From Girardia tigrina (Eukaryota), in the NCBI GenBank assembly GCA_001938485.1, contig MQRK01255124.1, positions 1 through 64,000 on the forward strand: a DNA stretch of 64,000 nucleotides. The letters are read 5' to 3'. The notes below the pieces were generated by a model. That model saw nothing but the letters and a program-made list of their open reading frames with translations, searched no databases and was not told where the DNA came from. Position numbers and translations under genes: made by a program. Shown here piece by piece: positions 53,601 through 64,000 of the stretch. The first letter of the stretch is position 1; each line of letters opens with the position of its first letter.

Positions 53601-56390
53601 TAAATAAAATTTCCTTTCCTCTTTCAGCATTCATCCTATTAGAACATGTAGCCATCAACTTATCCTCTTCTATCAACATTTTAATTACTATCAATTTCAA
53701 GAATGATACAAAAGTATTTCTTGAAACAACAGTAAGGTGTGACGTTAGGAATTGTTTTTTATTCATTCGATATTTTTCGCATCGTTGTAGAAAATTGGAA
53801 ATTTCCTGTATTGAAGTTACTAAAGCTGGAATGCCTTAGCAATAGTGGCTCTTTTTTATTTATTCTTTTATCAAAAAATAAACTTGTTACTCAAGCTTTA
53901 TTGGTTCATATCTTAAAAATAAGAAAACAACTGATTTACTGATGAAATATGCGATGAATGACATTTAAAAGCTATATATCAGTTTGCGTATTTATACAAA
54001 TGCATTATACTGCGAGGGAAGATTATAGAACTAAGAACATGTAACATTTCCGAAATAAATCAGCCTTCAAATGGGCAATCAAATATTTTTAACACCTTTT
54101 GGCATTATATAAAGAGAAGAACCTTTAGATTAAGTTTATTTTATCTTTTAAAATTAAATAATTGTCTTATAATATTTTTTCGCAAAGTACCACGGTGAGC
54201 GCCATTGGTTGTTTTCATCTGTCTCAGGGAAATGATTAAACAATAACTTGCCAAATTTCTCAACTCCATAGTCACAGATAATTTGGTAAATTCGTTTCCG
54301 ATATACAACTTTTTTGAAATAAAGATATCATTTTGACGCTGTGAGGGGAATTATAATTAAAACTAATAAACGTTTGTTGCGTAATGTAATGTTGCGTGGA
54401 ATGTTCTATGTGTGATCTCTGTATTGTTATATAATAGGTCACGACCGAAATAATGTATATGATGAAATGAATGAATGTTTTACGCAGTTTGATGACGGCA
54501 TTAATCAATATATATACTGATGATATTTCTTATTGGGGATTCTTTTAGGAAGATCTTATTGTTTTTGAATAGATTATTTATGACAATCTCGAAGTCTTCT
54601 AACAAACGCAGAAATTGATTTTTGGTGAGAGCATCAATCAAGTTGTCTAGGAACACAGGCCACTCGTCATTTGACCACTTTCCAAAAATCTTCTCCAATA
54701 AACAGTGATTAAGTTTACAAAGAATTAACTCTTTAGATTGAATGATAATTTCAGCATCTTTTCCAATGTGAAATTCAATAAACTTTCTAAGATATATACA
54801 ATTCCATTTGTATTTAAGAGTCAATCCAGGGCCGCCGCGTGGGTAAGAGGCGCCTTTGTGCCAGATTATTTTCACACCCTTCCCCGAACTGAACCCCCAA
54901 TGTCAAAAACTATGACTTGTTATGAATTTAATCATTAGAATATTTCCAATGAATACTTTTATTTTATAAAATAATTACAGGTTATATAATACTTTTAATA
55001 TACAGGCATGGGTTATATACATACACTATATAATACTAAATCTAAGCAATCAATAAAATTTGCTTGTCTCAAACATATATTAAGAATTAGATTACTTTAT
55101 AATTATTCATCACTCAAAAATCAAAATACTTTTTACATATTTACTCTCTAATAAATCCATATTTGTCACTTTTTCTTTTTTATCATTTAATTTTTTTTAT
55201 ATTTAATTTTATTTATTTTTATTTAGTGAGGTGGCGCTGAGTGAAAGAGGCACCTGCCGGCGCCTTTTCCACTCGGCGCCCTTGTGCGGTGCACAATATG
55301 AACAATCGTACGCGGCGGCCCTGAGTCAATCAAAATAATCAATCCGTAATATATTTACATCTCATCATTCTTATTAAATAGGCATTCACTCTCCATCGAT
55401 GCGTTGGTTTTATTTTTGAGATTAATCAAAATTTCATTAGAAACTTAACAGTTTTCATTGTCGTCAATTTTCAGAAAATTTAACAATGCAAATTGTGCAT
55501 TCGAAATATTTACAGTTTCTCTTTGTTGCATTTCAAAATTGAGCAAAAATCAAAATTTCATAAAAATGAGGAAATCCACCAAATTCATTATTTTGAACAG
55601 ATTTAATTAAAATTGACGCGATAAACAAATTCAAAATTCACATTTAATATTTATTTTACTTTTACACGATAAAACAAATCTTCATTACGTTTTTTTCCGT
55701 ATAATTTTTCAATATCATTTTTTTACAATTTTCTCGGTTACTCAACTCAGACTAAAGAAGGGGTCAAGATACCATAATTAAAGTGATTCTCGAACAATAC
55801 TCTAATGCTAAATACGCAGGAATATTTATTCGATTTTATAAATAATAATTTTTGTAGCAAAGGTTCATAAATTAGTAATTAAATATGTTTCTGTACTTTT
55901 TTATTATGTTATGTGAATAATCTGGTTAATCTTCTCTTTAGGATTTTTAAAATTCAAAAAAAAACTAAAAATAAGTAATGACTTATTTTACTTGAAACTT
56001 ACCCAACATAAGCATCGCGGTTACAACTACATTTGTCATCAAAGCAAAAACACAAAACGTTATGTGCGTTCTCTTTCCAAATCTTGCTCGTACTACTTGA
56101 AGAAATGTTTTCGCGCCAGGAGCATGAATTTTCAATTGAACGGAAATAATTGAAAATATTATTATTTGAATAGAAGCACCCGCAGCATACCAGAAAGGCC
56201 CACTTAATCCCATCTAGGTTATTTATGTATACATAAATAATTCGACATTTGTTTAAACTAAACAGACTCGCTGACAGACTGTAGAGGACTGAAGTAATGT
56301 AGCCGCCCATGTCCATTGGGACACGAGCATTGTTGATGTGAGACCAACTGATACTTGTCCTCCAGCATTAAAATATATATCAATATTTTC
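13432..56390 (-). CDS. DUR3: Urea-proton symporter DUR3-like (sodium:solute symporter family), 11 recovered exons, first and last exons not located
   Basis: Exons 56268-56390, 56003-56213, 52195-52407, 52030-52152, 35188-35394, 27697-27854, 27518-27648, 27310-27469, 27061-27265, 26840-27017 and 13432-13621 are all GT-AG bounded and phase-consistent (1899 nt, 633 codons). Motifs: [67 protein letters not shown]. Confidence 0.9.
13960..16290. repeat. Diverged ~350-400 bp inverted repeat pair (about 13960-14330 and 15870-16290)
   Basis: Reverse-complement matches, e.g. ttttcaaaacatatt/aaacatatgttttgaaaa, ataattataagggg/ctccttataattatt, gaacggattaa/ttaatccgttt. Confidence 0.65.
17087..23707 (-). 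mobile_element. hAT element with 8-bp TSD carrying nested insertions
   Basis: TIRs cagggatggccaaac / gtttggccaagtctg; TSD atctattg at 17079-17086 and 23708-23715; transposase C-terminus [14 protein letters not shown]...ISIFG...KSKHRS. Confidence 0.85.
19624..23470 (+). mobile_element. Gypsy/Ty3 LTR retrotransposon internal region, decayed
   Basis: Gag knuckle [14 protein letters not shown]; protease ALIDTG; [26 protein letters not shown]; RNase H ELEA...TDS; integrase [11 protein letters not shown]. LTRs not identified. Confidence 0.9.
23897..26430 (-). mobile_element. Full-length decayed hAT (SPIN/Charlie/GTF2IRD2-like)
   Basis: TIRs cagggatgtccaacct / aggttggacatccctg; 8-bp TSD gtctatgt on both sides; [29 protein letters not shown]. 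Confidence 0.93.
26556..26709. repeat. Palindromic MITE-like foldback
   Basis: aaaaataacaatgataaaa...gaactagacaattt...tcgaa mirrored by ttcgataaaataaattgtctagttc...ttatcattgttattttt. Confidence 0.7.
26840..27854 (-). CDS. DUR3: DUR3-like cluster of five exons
   Basis: GLVPP...[22 protein letters not shown]; Cys-rich loop; [20 protein letters not shown]; [14 protein letters not shown]; introns of 48, 48, 44 and 43 nt. Confidence 0.9.
27943..28342. mobile_element. pogo/Tigger-like MITE
   Basis: Ends taccctaatttactg / cagtaaattaggata; internal gcgggttata-type repeats. Confidence 0.55.
28907..29155 (+). repeat. Three ~103-bp tandem units, each starting with a GC hairpin
   Basis: (c)ggcagg-N11-cctgcc(g)gtaactatcaactgatc at about 28907, 29010 and 29113; a partial fourth copy at 29393. 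Confidence 0.8.
30436..31621 (+). mobile_element. Decayed mariner with TIRs and TA flanks
   Basis: ttaggttggaaactatgaaa / tttcatagtttccaacctaa; [29 protein letters not shown]. Confidence 0.92.
32247..33398 (+). mobile_element. Decayed Tc1/mariner of DD37D (maT/mori)-like type
   Basis: [50 protein letters not shown]. Confidence 0.8.
33606..33720 (+). rRNA. 5S rRNA-derived sequence (pseudogene or SINE3 head)
   Basis: Terminal helix gtcaatggc/gccattgac; ccggatctcgttcgatctccgaagtt; gttagtactt; atgggtgaccg; no oligo-T terminator. Confidence 0.85.
33606..33990 (+). mobile_element. Putative 5S-derived SINE (SINE3) with structured body
   Basis: 5S head runs directly into ~250 nt of GC-richer self-complementary sequence. 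The 3' end and TSD are not resolved. Confidence 0.55.
35188..35394 (-). CDS. DUR3: DUR3-like exon
   Basis: [21 protein letters not shown]...[10 protein letters not shown]; AG/GT boundaries. Confidence 0.9.
35685..37935 (-). mobile_element. Decayed hAT (ZMYM/TTF-zinc-finger type), one terminus clipped
   Basis: Terminus cagtggcgtagc; [34 protein letters not shown]; GC-rich subterminal ggggcggactgcccccc at about 37912-37935. Confidence 0.85.
35748..35791 (+). repeat. Degenerate (TAACCC)n telomere-like tract
   Basis: taaccctaaaccctaaccctaaccataagccctaactttaaccc. Confidence 0.75.
37940..38302 (+). rRNA. 28S rRNA pseudogene fragment, 5' side of insertion (domain V)
   Basis: tgaaataccactact; ggtggggagtttgactggggcggtacatctgtcaaa; gaggtgtcagaaaagttaccacagggat. 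Confidence 0.95.
38303..38396 (+). ncRNA. HDV-like ribozyme variant (unit 1)
   Basis: P1 cagggat/atccctg; P2 gggcat/gtgccc; P3 act/agt; L3 tctacgt; P1.1 ct/ag; P4 ctag..ctag; J4/2 gCtaaa. Confidence 0.75.
38303..38571 (+). mobile_element. Non-autonomous ribozyme-headed retroelement, unit 1 (269 bp)
   Basis: Flanked by accacagggat at 38292-38302 and 38570-38580; homologous to unit 3. Confidence 0.85.
38581..38693 (+). ncRNA. Canonical HDV-like self-cleaving ribozyme at LINE 5' end
   Basis: P1 gggatac/gtatcct with G-U first pair; P2 gctc/gagt; P3 gcc/ggt; L3 tccccgt; P1.1 cc/gg; long P4; J4/2 gCtaaat. The predicted cut at 38580/38581 is the element boundary. Confidence 0.9.
38828..42370 (+). 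pseudogene. APE endonuclease-reverse transcriptase polyprotein with one in-frame stop (TGA 41249-41251)
   Basis: [28 protein letters not shown]; [46 protein letters not shown]. ORFs 38828 and 41288 are in one frame, and the relative at about 59790 has Arg (CGG) at the stop position. Confidence 0.93.
42450..42541 (+). ncRNA. HDV-like ribozyme variant (unit 3)
   Basis: Same P1, P3, L3, P1.1 and J4/2 as unit 1; P4 interior differs. Confidence 0.72.
42450..42864 (+). mobile_element. Non-autonomous ribozyme-headed retroelement, unit 3 (415 bp)
   Basis: Flanked by accacagggat at 42439-42449 and 42863-42873; unit 1 plus ~150 nt of internal sequence. Confidence 0.85.
42874..42968 (+). ncRNA. HDV-like ribozyme variant (unit 4)
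   Basis: P1 cggggat/atccccg (compensatory change versus units 1 and 3); L3 tcttcgt; J4/2 gCttaa; P2 partly mismatched. Confidence 0.65.
42874..44531 (+). mobile_element. Ribozyme-headed non-coding element, unit 4 (~1.66 kb, probably with a secondary AT-rich insertion)
   Basis: Starts after accacagggat and ends ...ggattcac before cacaaggat|aactgg; no long ORF. Confidence 0.7.
44530..44711 (+). rRNA. 28S rRNA pseudogene fragment, 3' side of insertion
   Basis: accacaaggataactggcttgtggcggcc...gatccttcgatgtcggctcttcctatc...gagctgggtttagaccgtcgtgagacaggtta. Confidence 0.95.
45017..45255 (+). rRNA. Second 28S fragment (duplicate of the 3' piece, extends through the sarcin-ricin loop)
   Basis: gcttgtggccaccaagcgttcatagcg...; agtacgagaggaacc at about 45216-45230. 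Confidence 0.92.
45791..46390 (+). mobile_element. pogo/Tigger DDE_1 transposase 3' fragment
   Basis: [40 protein letters not shown]...IINCF. Confidence 0.85.
46750..48067 (+). mobile_element. Decayed MULE element
   Basis: LINFEKAQ...[19 protein letters not shown]; terminus acccaattgtctggttacc; ttccatctgggtgggagaaacaca shared with about 14855. Confidence 0.7.
52030..52407 (-). CDS. DUR3: DUR3-like exons 52195-52407 and 52030-52152
   Basis: GGSAVL...[14 protein letters not shown] and [12 protein letters not shown]...[10 protein letters not shown]; 42-nt intron. Confidence 0.9.
52594..53250 (-). mobile_element. Highly decayed mariner
   Basis: TIR ttaggttgatacaaacg; minus strand reads ..VPNE.., [15 protein letters not shown]. 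Confidence 0.65.
53429..53678. mobile_element. MITE with ~35-bp TIRs
   Basis: tgttgatagaagaggataagtagatggctacatgt / acatgtagccatcaacttatcctcttctatcaaca. Confidence 0.75.
54827..55323. mobile_element. hAT-family MITE
   Basis: TIRs cagggccgccgcgt / acgcggcggccctg; 8-bp TSD agtcaatc on both sides. Confidence 0.92.
56003..56390 (-). CDS. DUR3: DUR3-like exons 56268-56390 and 56003-56213
   Basis: [30 protein letters not shown] and [15 protein letters not shown]...APGAKTFLQ; 54-nt intron. Confidence 0.9.
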
Positions 56391-57814
56391 CTATAATCAA
56401 ATTATAAGTTATAAATAAAAAATTAACTTGGATCAATTAAATCATAATTTAATTGACATTAAATTATGATTGTTATTTGTTTTAATTTTATATTCATTTA
56501 TTTACATCTCTTCCTGTAGGGTTACTTCATTACATGATACGTTATCAATTTTTTTCACATAAAACTCTTATATGTAAATATAATATAATATACATATGAA
56601 TACATAATACTAATGAAATTTTTTTTTCGAATAATTGTTTAAAACGATTCATTATCAAAAATCTTATCAATTTAGCCACATACCCAAGTGCCGGAGTTTT
56701 ACTGAGAATTGTCCTAAAGACAATTCAAACTGTGATAAAAATAAACGTCATTTATAAACGTAGGTGACAAGAAATTTTAAGTGGGCAAAGGAGATATTAG
56801 GACTTTTACTGACAAAATCTGCATCCCAAACAGTCACGGAAAGAGTGTTGTCTTTTTTTCCACAAATTTTTGTATCATGCATAAGTAAACAAAACATATT
56901 TATTCATGAAGGAGAAATTTGTACGAGTGATAATTTGTGCTTAAGAAAAGAAGTATTTACCTTTATAATTTTAGTTTGAACATTTTAATATGTTTATTTA
57001 TTTTTAAATGAATTTATTTGTGAATCTAGTATTTATTTGAATAATTATCATTTTTATCTTAAGACAAAATACTTAAACAATATTATGATAGCACTAAAAT
57101 AATACAAAAGTATATAAAAAATTCAAATAATATTTGTGATTCTTTAATAATAAATATAAAGAATTACAACGAAGAAGTACAACCAGTTTTTTCAGGGTTA
57201 CATCTTACATTAAGATTGTCTTATTCCAATTATCTTATTCAATAATCTTACCCATATTCTATAAACCTTGCCTCTTCAGATTTTCATGTTTCTGTGGAAA
57301 TATACAGAAAATTTCTTACAGTTTCTTTGAAAAAAAGTCTACAACCTTTTAAAATGCTCGAGAAAAGTTGTAGAAAATGATGGTGATTGGTATGTATATT
57401 TGAATAAAATTTGTGTTTTTGAATTTTATTTCAAATCAGAAACGAACCTTTTTAATTGTTTAAAAAAATTATTCAACTTGAAACTGAATAAAAATAAGAA
57501 AAGCTAGATGTAGATATATTAATCTCATTTGTTTAAATTCACCAAAACCGGTCATAGTGTTCTTTTCAAATAAAGTTTTATTCGTGTTGCTCTTGTTCTT
57601 TATACTATAAACATTTATTTTAATTTTAATATAGGTGTCTGTACGTTTAGTAAAAATTGTTAACGTTTAAATGTGATCCGTTTAAAGAATTAAACGTTTA
57701 ACCGAAAATTCTAGAGTCGAAATGAGTACTTTAAATTTATGAACAAAAACAATAGCATAGCTTAAGGAAACTTCATCGGCTTTCATTAAATTAGTTTTTT
57801 CTAAAATTAATATA

Positions 57815-59125
57815 CTTAGGCTGTCCCAAAAGTCCTCAGGTGGCCTTTAAAAACACACTAATATTTTACCAAATTTGGACTGAATATTATTCAGACTGTC
57901 ATAAATACTGTGTTAAAATTTCAAAGCATAAAATTAAAAAAAAGTAAAATTTTGTTTTATTAAAGTATTGAAATTTTAAAAGTGCAGCGAATTCAACTCA
58001 AGCGGTTTTTAACAATGGAACCAAAAAAATATTGTCAACGTTTTTTTGTTCTAACTCAAAGTAAAAGAGGATTCTCTGCTTCAGAAATTCTTCAGCAACT
58101 TCAGCAGGCATGGGAAGACGCAAATCACCCAGCACTGAAAACTATTCAACAATGGTTGACTGATTTTAAAAAAGAAAAGCGAACGTCCTTCGACGATTCA
58201 TCAAGAAGTGGCAGGAACAACGCATTAACACTGCAAAGCATATATGCCATGTAATTTCACAGATTGGTGATGAAGCATATTCCAACATAGCGATCGAGGA
58301 TGAGACATGGGTCTTTTTCCAAGATAGAGGAAAGAAAGAAGATTACAAAGTTTGGATTCCTTCTAATGCTGTTCCACCAAAAGTGATAAAGCCATCGCCA
58401 ATGACTGATAAAAAATCTCTTGGTTTCGTAACCTTTAACTGCAACAAACGTTTTAATGTAAAAGCACTGCCATATGGTACCAAGATTGATTCCGAGGCGT
58501 ATGTGAACTTTGTTCATGATACCGGTGAAAAATGGCGGAAACTTAGATCTAACAGCATCATGCTAAAGGAGCTTAAGTGGTGGCATGATAATGCAAGACC
58601 TCATTCTAGCAAAGAAACAACTCTTTTTTATGAAAGAAGAAAAATTGAAATTATCAATCGCCCTATACTCCAGATTTTAATCTGTGTGACAGATTCTTGT
58701 TTTCAAAAATGAAGAAAAGTTTTAAAAATCATGTTTTCAAATCACATGAAGAAATTGAAGAAGCTTGTTAATTCTTTTTTTAATTCTTTATCAACAGAAA
58801 CATTAAAAAATCAACTAGATAAACTTTTAAACTATTTTCAGTTGATTATTGACAACAATGGTGAATTTATGTTATTATGTTAAGTTATGTTGTTGCTTAA
58901 GAAATTTTTAAAATATTTTTTTTAAATAAATTTTTAAATTCGCTGCATCTAATTTTTTTGTTGGTTAATAATATTATTTTTTTGGTAAGTTTCAAATTTT
59001 ATGCTTTGAAATTTTAACACAGTATTTATGATAGTCTGAATAATATTCAGTCCAAATTTGGTTAAATTTGGTAAAATATTAGTGTGTTTTTAAAGGCCAC
59101 CTGAGGACTTTTGGGACAGCCTAAG
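57815..59125 (+). mobile_element. Mariner-like element with ~120-bp TIRs, internally deleted
   Basis: cttaggctgtcccaaaagtcctcaggtggcc... mirrored at about 58995-59125; TA flanks; DETWV, HDNARPH, PYTPDFNLCD. Confidence 0.92.
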
Positions 59126-59525
59126 TACATTTGGTATATAATATGTGTAAATATATATTAATATATAATATATGTTTGGTTTACTCGATACAGACGCTGA
59201 ATGTCAAGCATACAAACAAACTGTTCATGATTTGTGTGTTTTTACTGGGTGTAAGTAATTGAGTTATTACTTTCATCAGTTATTACTGGAGTTAAGGAAC
59301 ACTTTAAAGAAGAAAATACAGAAGAATGCAAACATTAAAATACCATATTTTGAAGGATTAAGAGCTTTTAAGAAGAGTATTTGTAAAATGATAAGTAGTG
59401 CCAAAGTAATCTCTGTCACATCCAAAGTTGAAAGTTTCCTCTAAAAAAAACAGTTTGTGGATTGCAAGCTAATCTGGTATATAAATTTAATTGTCACGGG
59501 TATCGAAATTTGTACGTTGAAGAGT

Positions 59526-60974
59526 TCTACTGAATGACTCATTTGTAGATTTAGGACTTAAGATCAATATAAATAAGACCAAAGTTATGAACCTAAACGG
59601 AGATACCAAAGTTCTCACCACCGGACACCAGCTTGAGACTGGTATTGAGTGGGTATTCAAATTCGTCTATTGGGGTTCCACAATCTCCTCAAATGGTACC
59701 GCTGAAGATGAGATAAGAGAAAGAATTCAAAAGGGTACCAGGAAGATCAGGGACCTCAAACCGGTTTTGAGGAGCTCCAAACTCTCTTTACGGAACAAGA
59801 AGAAGATTGTCAGCTCTTGCATACTTTCCGTAGTATACTACAGTTGTGAGAGTTGGCGAACAGGTAACAAAACAATCAAGAAGCTGGCTGCCTTTCATAA
59901 TTTGTGTACTCGCACAATCATGAAAGTGCAGAAGACTGAGAGGATACAGATGGACACTATCGACATTGGACTCCCGCTCCCCACGAATATCATTGCAAGC
60001 AGAAGACTTGCCTATCACAGCAGGTTGGACACCTCTGATACACCAAATATTATGAGGTGTGTGTGGAGAGCAACAATGCCAATGGGAAAGAAGATCAGTG
60101 GGAGAAAGAATCAAGCTCTCTCCGAATGCCTCAGAGTGGATATACAGTGGCTCTTTGGGGATAGTGCAAAGTATGAAGACTTCATACACCACATTGTCAC
60201 AGAGACCCCACAATAGATAGAAGGCAATACATCAACTTCTTAATAAGAGAAGGGAAGCAGAACAGAACAAGAGCCGATCTACCGAAAGTACTCAATGAGA
60301 GAGATAAACTCCTTCAATGTACGATAGAAGATTGCTTTAAGAAGTTTGCCGAACAAAAGGAGCTAAATAGACATCTCAAGCGGTATCACACGGAATCCAC
60401 AGTAAGCATCCCGCTTCAGCTCCCAGAAGATGAAAAACCGTTTAAATGTACCAAATGCAGCAAAGGTTACAAAACGAAAGGATGGTTCACTAGGCATCTG
60501 CGTAAAGATCATCGAATAGAAGCGAGGGAGAATATCAATGAACATCTGACAGAATAATCAGTGCAATCCAACAGAAGAAGCGACAATCCAGACAGAGACG
60601 AAGAACCCACACTTATCCAAACGACAAATTTTCAGCAACAGTTACCCCGACTATTTCAACGGTGGTGGAGCAAACGACTTATCCCGAAGATACACATTTG
60701 TCTTTTAGGATCGCAGATCCAAATGCGAGGGGAAATTTCAAATGTCCCTTTCGCGGCTGTACCAAGTCCACCAATACAGCCAAAGAGATGCTCAATCATG
60801 GTACCACAATTCATGATTGGTCGTTTGCAACAGGGAAGCCAAAGAAATTTCGGAGACTGAAGCACTCCGTCAACGTAGGAGGTCTATCGAGGGGCAGCTA
60901 GCTCTCTTAAGTTTGGGTGGACCCTCTAAAGAGCCTAGTGGCTCAATACCATTCGAAAGAGATGGGAGGCTCAC
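59526..60974 (+). mobile_element. 5'-truncated relative of the unit-2 LINE
   Basis: LGLKININKTK...VVYYSCESWRT...LSECLRVD, zinc fingers and the same 3'UTR; flanked by acgttgaagagt at 59514-59525 and 60973-60984. Confidence 0.9.
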
Positions 60975-60984
60975 GTTGAAGAGT

Positions 60985-61095
60985 GGAATATAACGCTGCT
61001 CGCCTCCCCGTGGTGTATCCTGGGAACTTGGGAGAGGGGTTCTTTCCTTTCTAGAAATAAATTGGGGAGGTTTTCTTGATCTAGGCTAAATGAGT
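60985..61095 (+). ncRNA. Degenerating HDV-like ribozyme
   Basis: ggaatat...gctcgcctccccgtggtgtatcctggg...gCtaaatgagt; one P1 mismatch. Confidence 0.75.
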
Positions 61096-63500
61096 AAGGT
61101 AGCGGATTAACGGTGCTAGCATCTCTGTCTTTCGCTAGTCCAAAGCTATGAAAACTCAAACTAGGGGTCTGACAGGACCCGAAGTCATTAAGCTCCCGAG
61201 AGGGGAATCCCTTGTTAATGATTCCACTTGCAGTGGACTGAGGATTGGAACATGGCACGTAAGAGACTTAACCGACGAAAAGATACTGAACATGATATGT
61301 ATTTTGACAAACTTAAAGTTGATATGTGCATCCTGACCGAGATGCACAGGATTGAAACGATATTGCCTCCATAGTGGAATGGAGAATCCATCATAGTGGC
61401 AGTACAAGTGGGACACGTGAGAGAGGTGCTGCCCTGATGGTACGATCAGTTGATTCGAAGGGAGTGGAATTTGAAGCTGTCAGCAAAAGACTATTCCTGT
61501 GCCATATACCCAAAAGGTTACAATCATTTGTAGGGGTATATGCACCAACGTACAGTGGATATTCAAGTGAGCAGAAAGAGGAGTTCTTCGTATCGTTACA
61601 AGAAAAAGTGGAGAAGGTGACTGTTGAAGCTGAGCGCAGAAAATACGAATTGGAGGCGACTTCAACTGCAGACTTAATCGGACGGAAGAGACCAGAGGAA
61701 GTATCCGGGTGGTACACTAGTTCATCAGCAAGATCATAGAATGGTGATCATGTTATTGATCTCACAGAGGAATGTAATTTGCAAGTAGAGAACACCTTCT
61801 ACAGGCATAAACTAGCGCAGAGAACTAGTTGGACACACGCAGTAACGAAGCAGCGCTTATTACTGGACCTGTTTTTAACACAAAAGAGCCGCTGCAGCAG
61901 GATATTAAATGTCAAGAGTTATCCAAATTTTGACTGTGGATCGGATCACGACTTAGTCTTATTAACCTTCTGAGTTAAAAATGATGGCAAGAAAAGCCTC
62001 AAGCTTGCTAATGATCGAAGAAAGAAGTGCAAAGGAAAGTTTGACAGATTCTCTTTGATGAACAACAAAGACACAATCAGTAGAAACATTGGACAGGTTT
62101 GTCCGAATGTTGAGAGTTGGGACGAATTAGAAAGAGTAGTTGTTTTTACAGCTAGCAAATACCGAAAGAAGAAAATCCCGCTTAATCAAGCTGGATTCAC
62201 AACCACCTAGATGAACTAAAGACGTTGTTACAGGAGAAATGGAAACGAAGGAAGGAGTTCATCCAGAATAGATGCGAACAAACGTATGCCAAATGGAAAG
62301 CTGCGCGACTGAATACATTATAGCAGCTGAGAAGATGGACGAGAGAAAGGATATAGATCATCGGACCTGAGATTGAAGGCGTGCTGAACAGAGAGGGCAT
62401 AGGGAAAACCTCTGAACTATATACGGAACTCAGAGCCCTATGCAATAGCGAAACAAAAGAATCAATCCTCTACACAGTACAGAGTAGTTTGGCAGACGAA
62501 GTGTTAGCAGAGCACTTCTCGAATCTATTCAGGAAGAGTGAAAGAGACTATGTCGTGATTGCAGATCAGAGACATATCTTGAATATTGACAACTTACCGG
62601 ATGTGGAAGAAGTGGGTTCCACAATAAATCAACTCAAGAACGGTACAACTGCTAAGAACAATGGTATCATCCCAGAGTTATACAAGTGGGCGGTCAACAG
62701 TTAACTCTCAAGATCCAGCAATTTTTTTAACTAATTCGGGAGGGAAGAGCAGACTTCCCGGAGGCATGGAAAACAGCGAAATTTGTAATCCTATATAAAG
62801 GGAAAGGTTCAAAGAAGGATTTGAACAATTACAGAGGAATCTTTCTACTCGATGTAGAAAGTAAGATAATGATGCGAATCATTGCAAACAGATTAATGCA
62901 ACACCTTGAGAGAATATTGGATGACTGGCAATTTTGGTTCAGGCCCAAAAGAAGAACAGCACATGCGATTGGCATCATTAGAAAGGTGCAAGACCAGGCC
63001 AGATACCTCAATATCAACGTGTGTACAATATTTATCGACATTGAAAAGCTATTCGCCAGGAATTGGAGTACAGGGTCGCATATTAAGCATGATAATGGAT
63101 TTTCATGAAGGATTTACAGGAAGTGTTGGTAAGAGCATTTTCACAATGGAGAAAGAAGTCCGACAAGGTTGCGTACTCGGTCCCCTACTATTCAACCTAG
63201 TATTCGACTGCGCAATCAAAACTGCCATCCAAGAAGGACTAAGTGGAGACGTGAAGGTCAAATGGGAAGACGGAGAAATACTAACTGTAAACAGGCTGGC
63301 ATATGCTGACGAACTATGTTTACTGGACGAGGATTACGAAAACATAGAGAAAAACCTAACGTACCTAAATACTGTGTTTCTTAGAATGGGGTTGAAGATC
63401 AACAGTGGGAAGACGAAGATCCTTAATCTCAATGGGGCCAGATATGTAACGTCGGAAACAAACTGAGTACCGGTGTAGAATGAGTGGAGGAGTTTAGTAA
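60985..63500 (+). mobile_element. Decayed 5'-complete copy of the same LINE family, 3' part missing
   Basis: Ribozyme, APE (GTWHVR, GSDHDLV) and RT ([25 protein letters not shown]) with many frameshifts. Confidence 0.92.
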
Positions 63501-64000
63501 TTCAACATACCTCTAAAAATATATAATTATTTTTATAAAATCTGTGTATTACTGTATTGGGTAAACTACCATGTCGATTTATGTGAGCTTAAATGGTGAA
63601 TGACTCACGTAGCGTTTAGAAGTGATGAATTATCTACCGTCCTGTCGAAAATCTACCGACAAGTATGTCTTGAGAAAATTATAGTGGTGTTAGAAATTAA
63701 TCAATTTAATCAATTAAATAAAGTCGATATATTTTAAAAGAGAAATAATCAGTAAAAGTTTTTAAAATTAGAATTTAAAAATAAATAATAAACGAAATAA
63801 AATTTATAATGTAAATTTATAATAAAAAGCTACTGCAAAATTATTTTTAAAGAAATTAAATTAGGTTAAATAGTTTTACAAAAAATAATTGGAAAGAAAT
63901 TTGAATTTGTATAAATTGAATAAATTTTATAAATAAATTTATGTAATAAAAAGTTTCATTAAATAAAATTTTCAAAAAAATGTTATAGAATATAATAAAT

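Noticed and set aside
59531-63607. tgaatgactca repeated at 59531 and 63597 as a possible TSD
   Set aside because: The first copy lies within RT-coding sequence (LNDSF), so the match is probably coincidental.

Overview
AT-rich, transposon-dense eukaryotic (metazoan-type) scaffold. It has two host genes: eEF1A with an uninterrupted CDS (1282-2673, +) and an 11-exon DUR3-type urea transporter (- strand, 13432-56390). The DUR3 introns are either tiny (42-54 nt) or 3.6-16.6 kb and filled with decayed mariner, hAT, MULE, pogo and Gypsy elements. The standout is inside the 16.6-kb intron. A 28S rRNA fragment is split at the peptidyl-transferase-centre sequence CCACAGGGAT|AAC (E. coli L2449 equivalent) by four head-to-tail retroelements (38303-44531), each separated by the same ACCACAGGGAT duplication. 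One is a nearly intact APE-RT LINE with three C-terminal C2H2-type fingers and a canonical HDV-like ribozyme at its first nucleotide. The other three are non-coding elements headed by a non-canonical HDV-like fold, and two of them share a covarying 3' structure with the LINE. A second tandem pair of the same LINE family (59526-63500) repeats the pattern at a non-rDNA site. Also present: a 5S-headed SINE-like element and a nested micro-exon array. All calls were made by eye with no database search.
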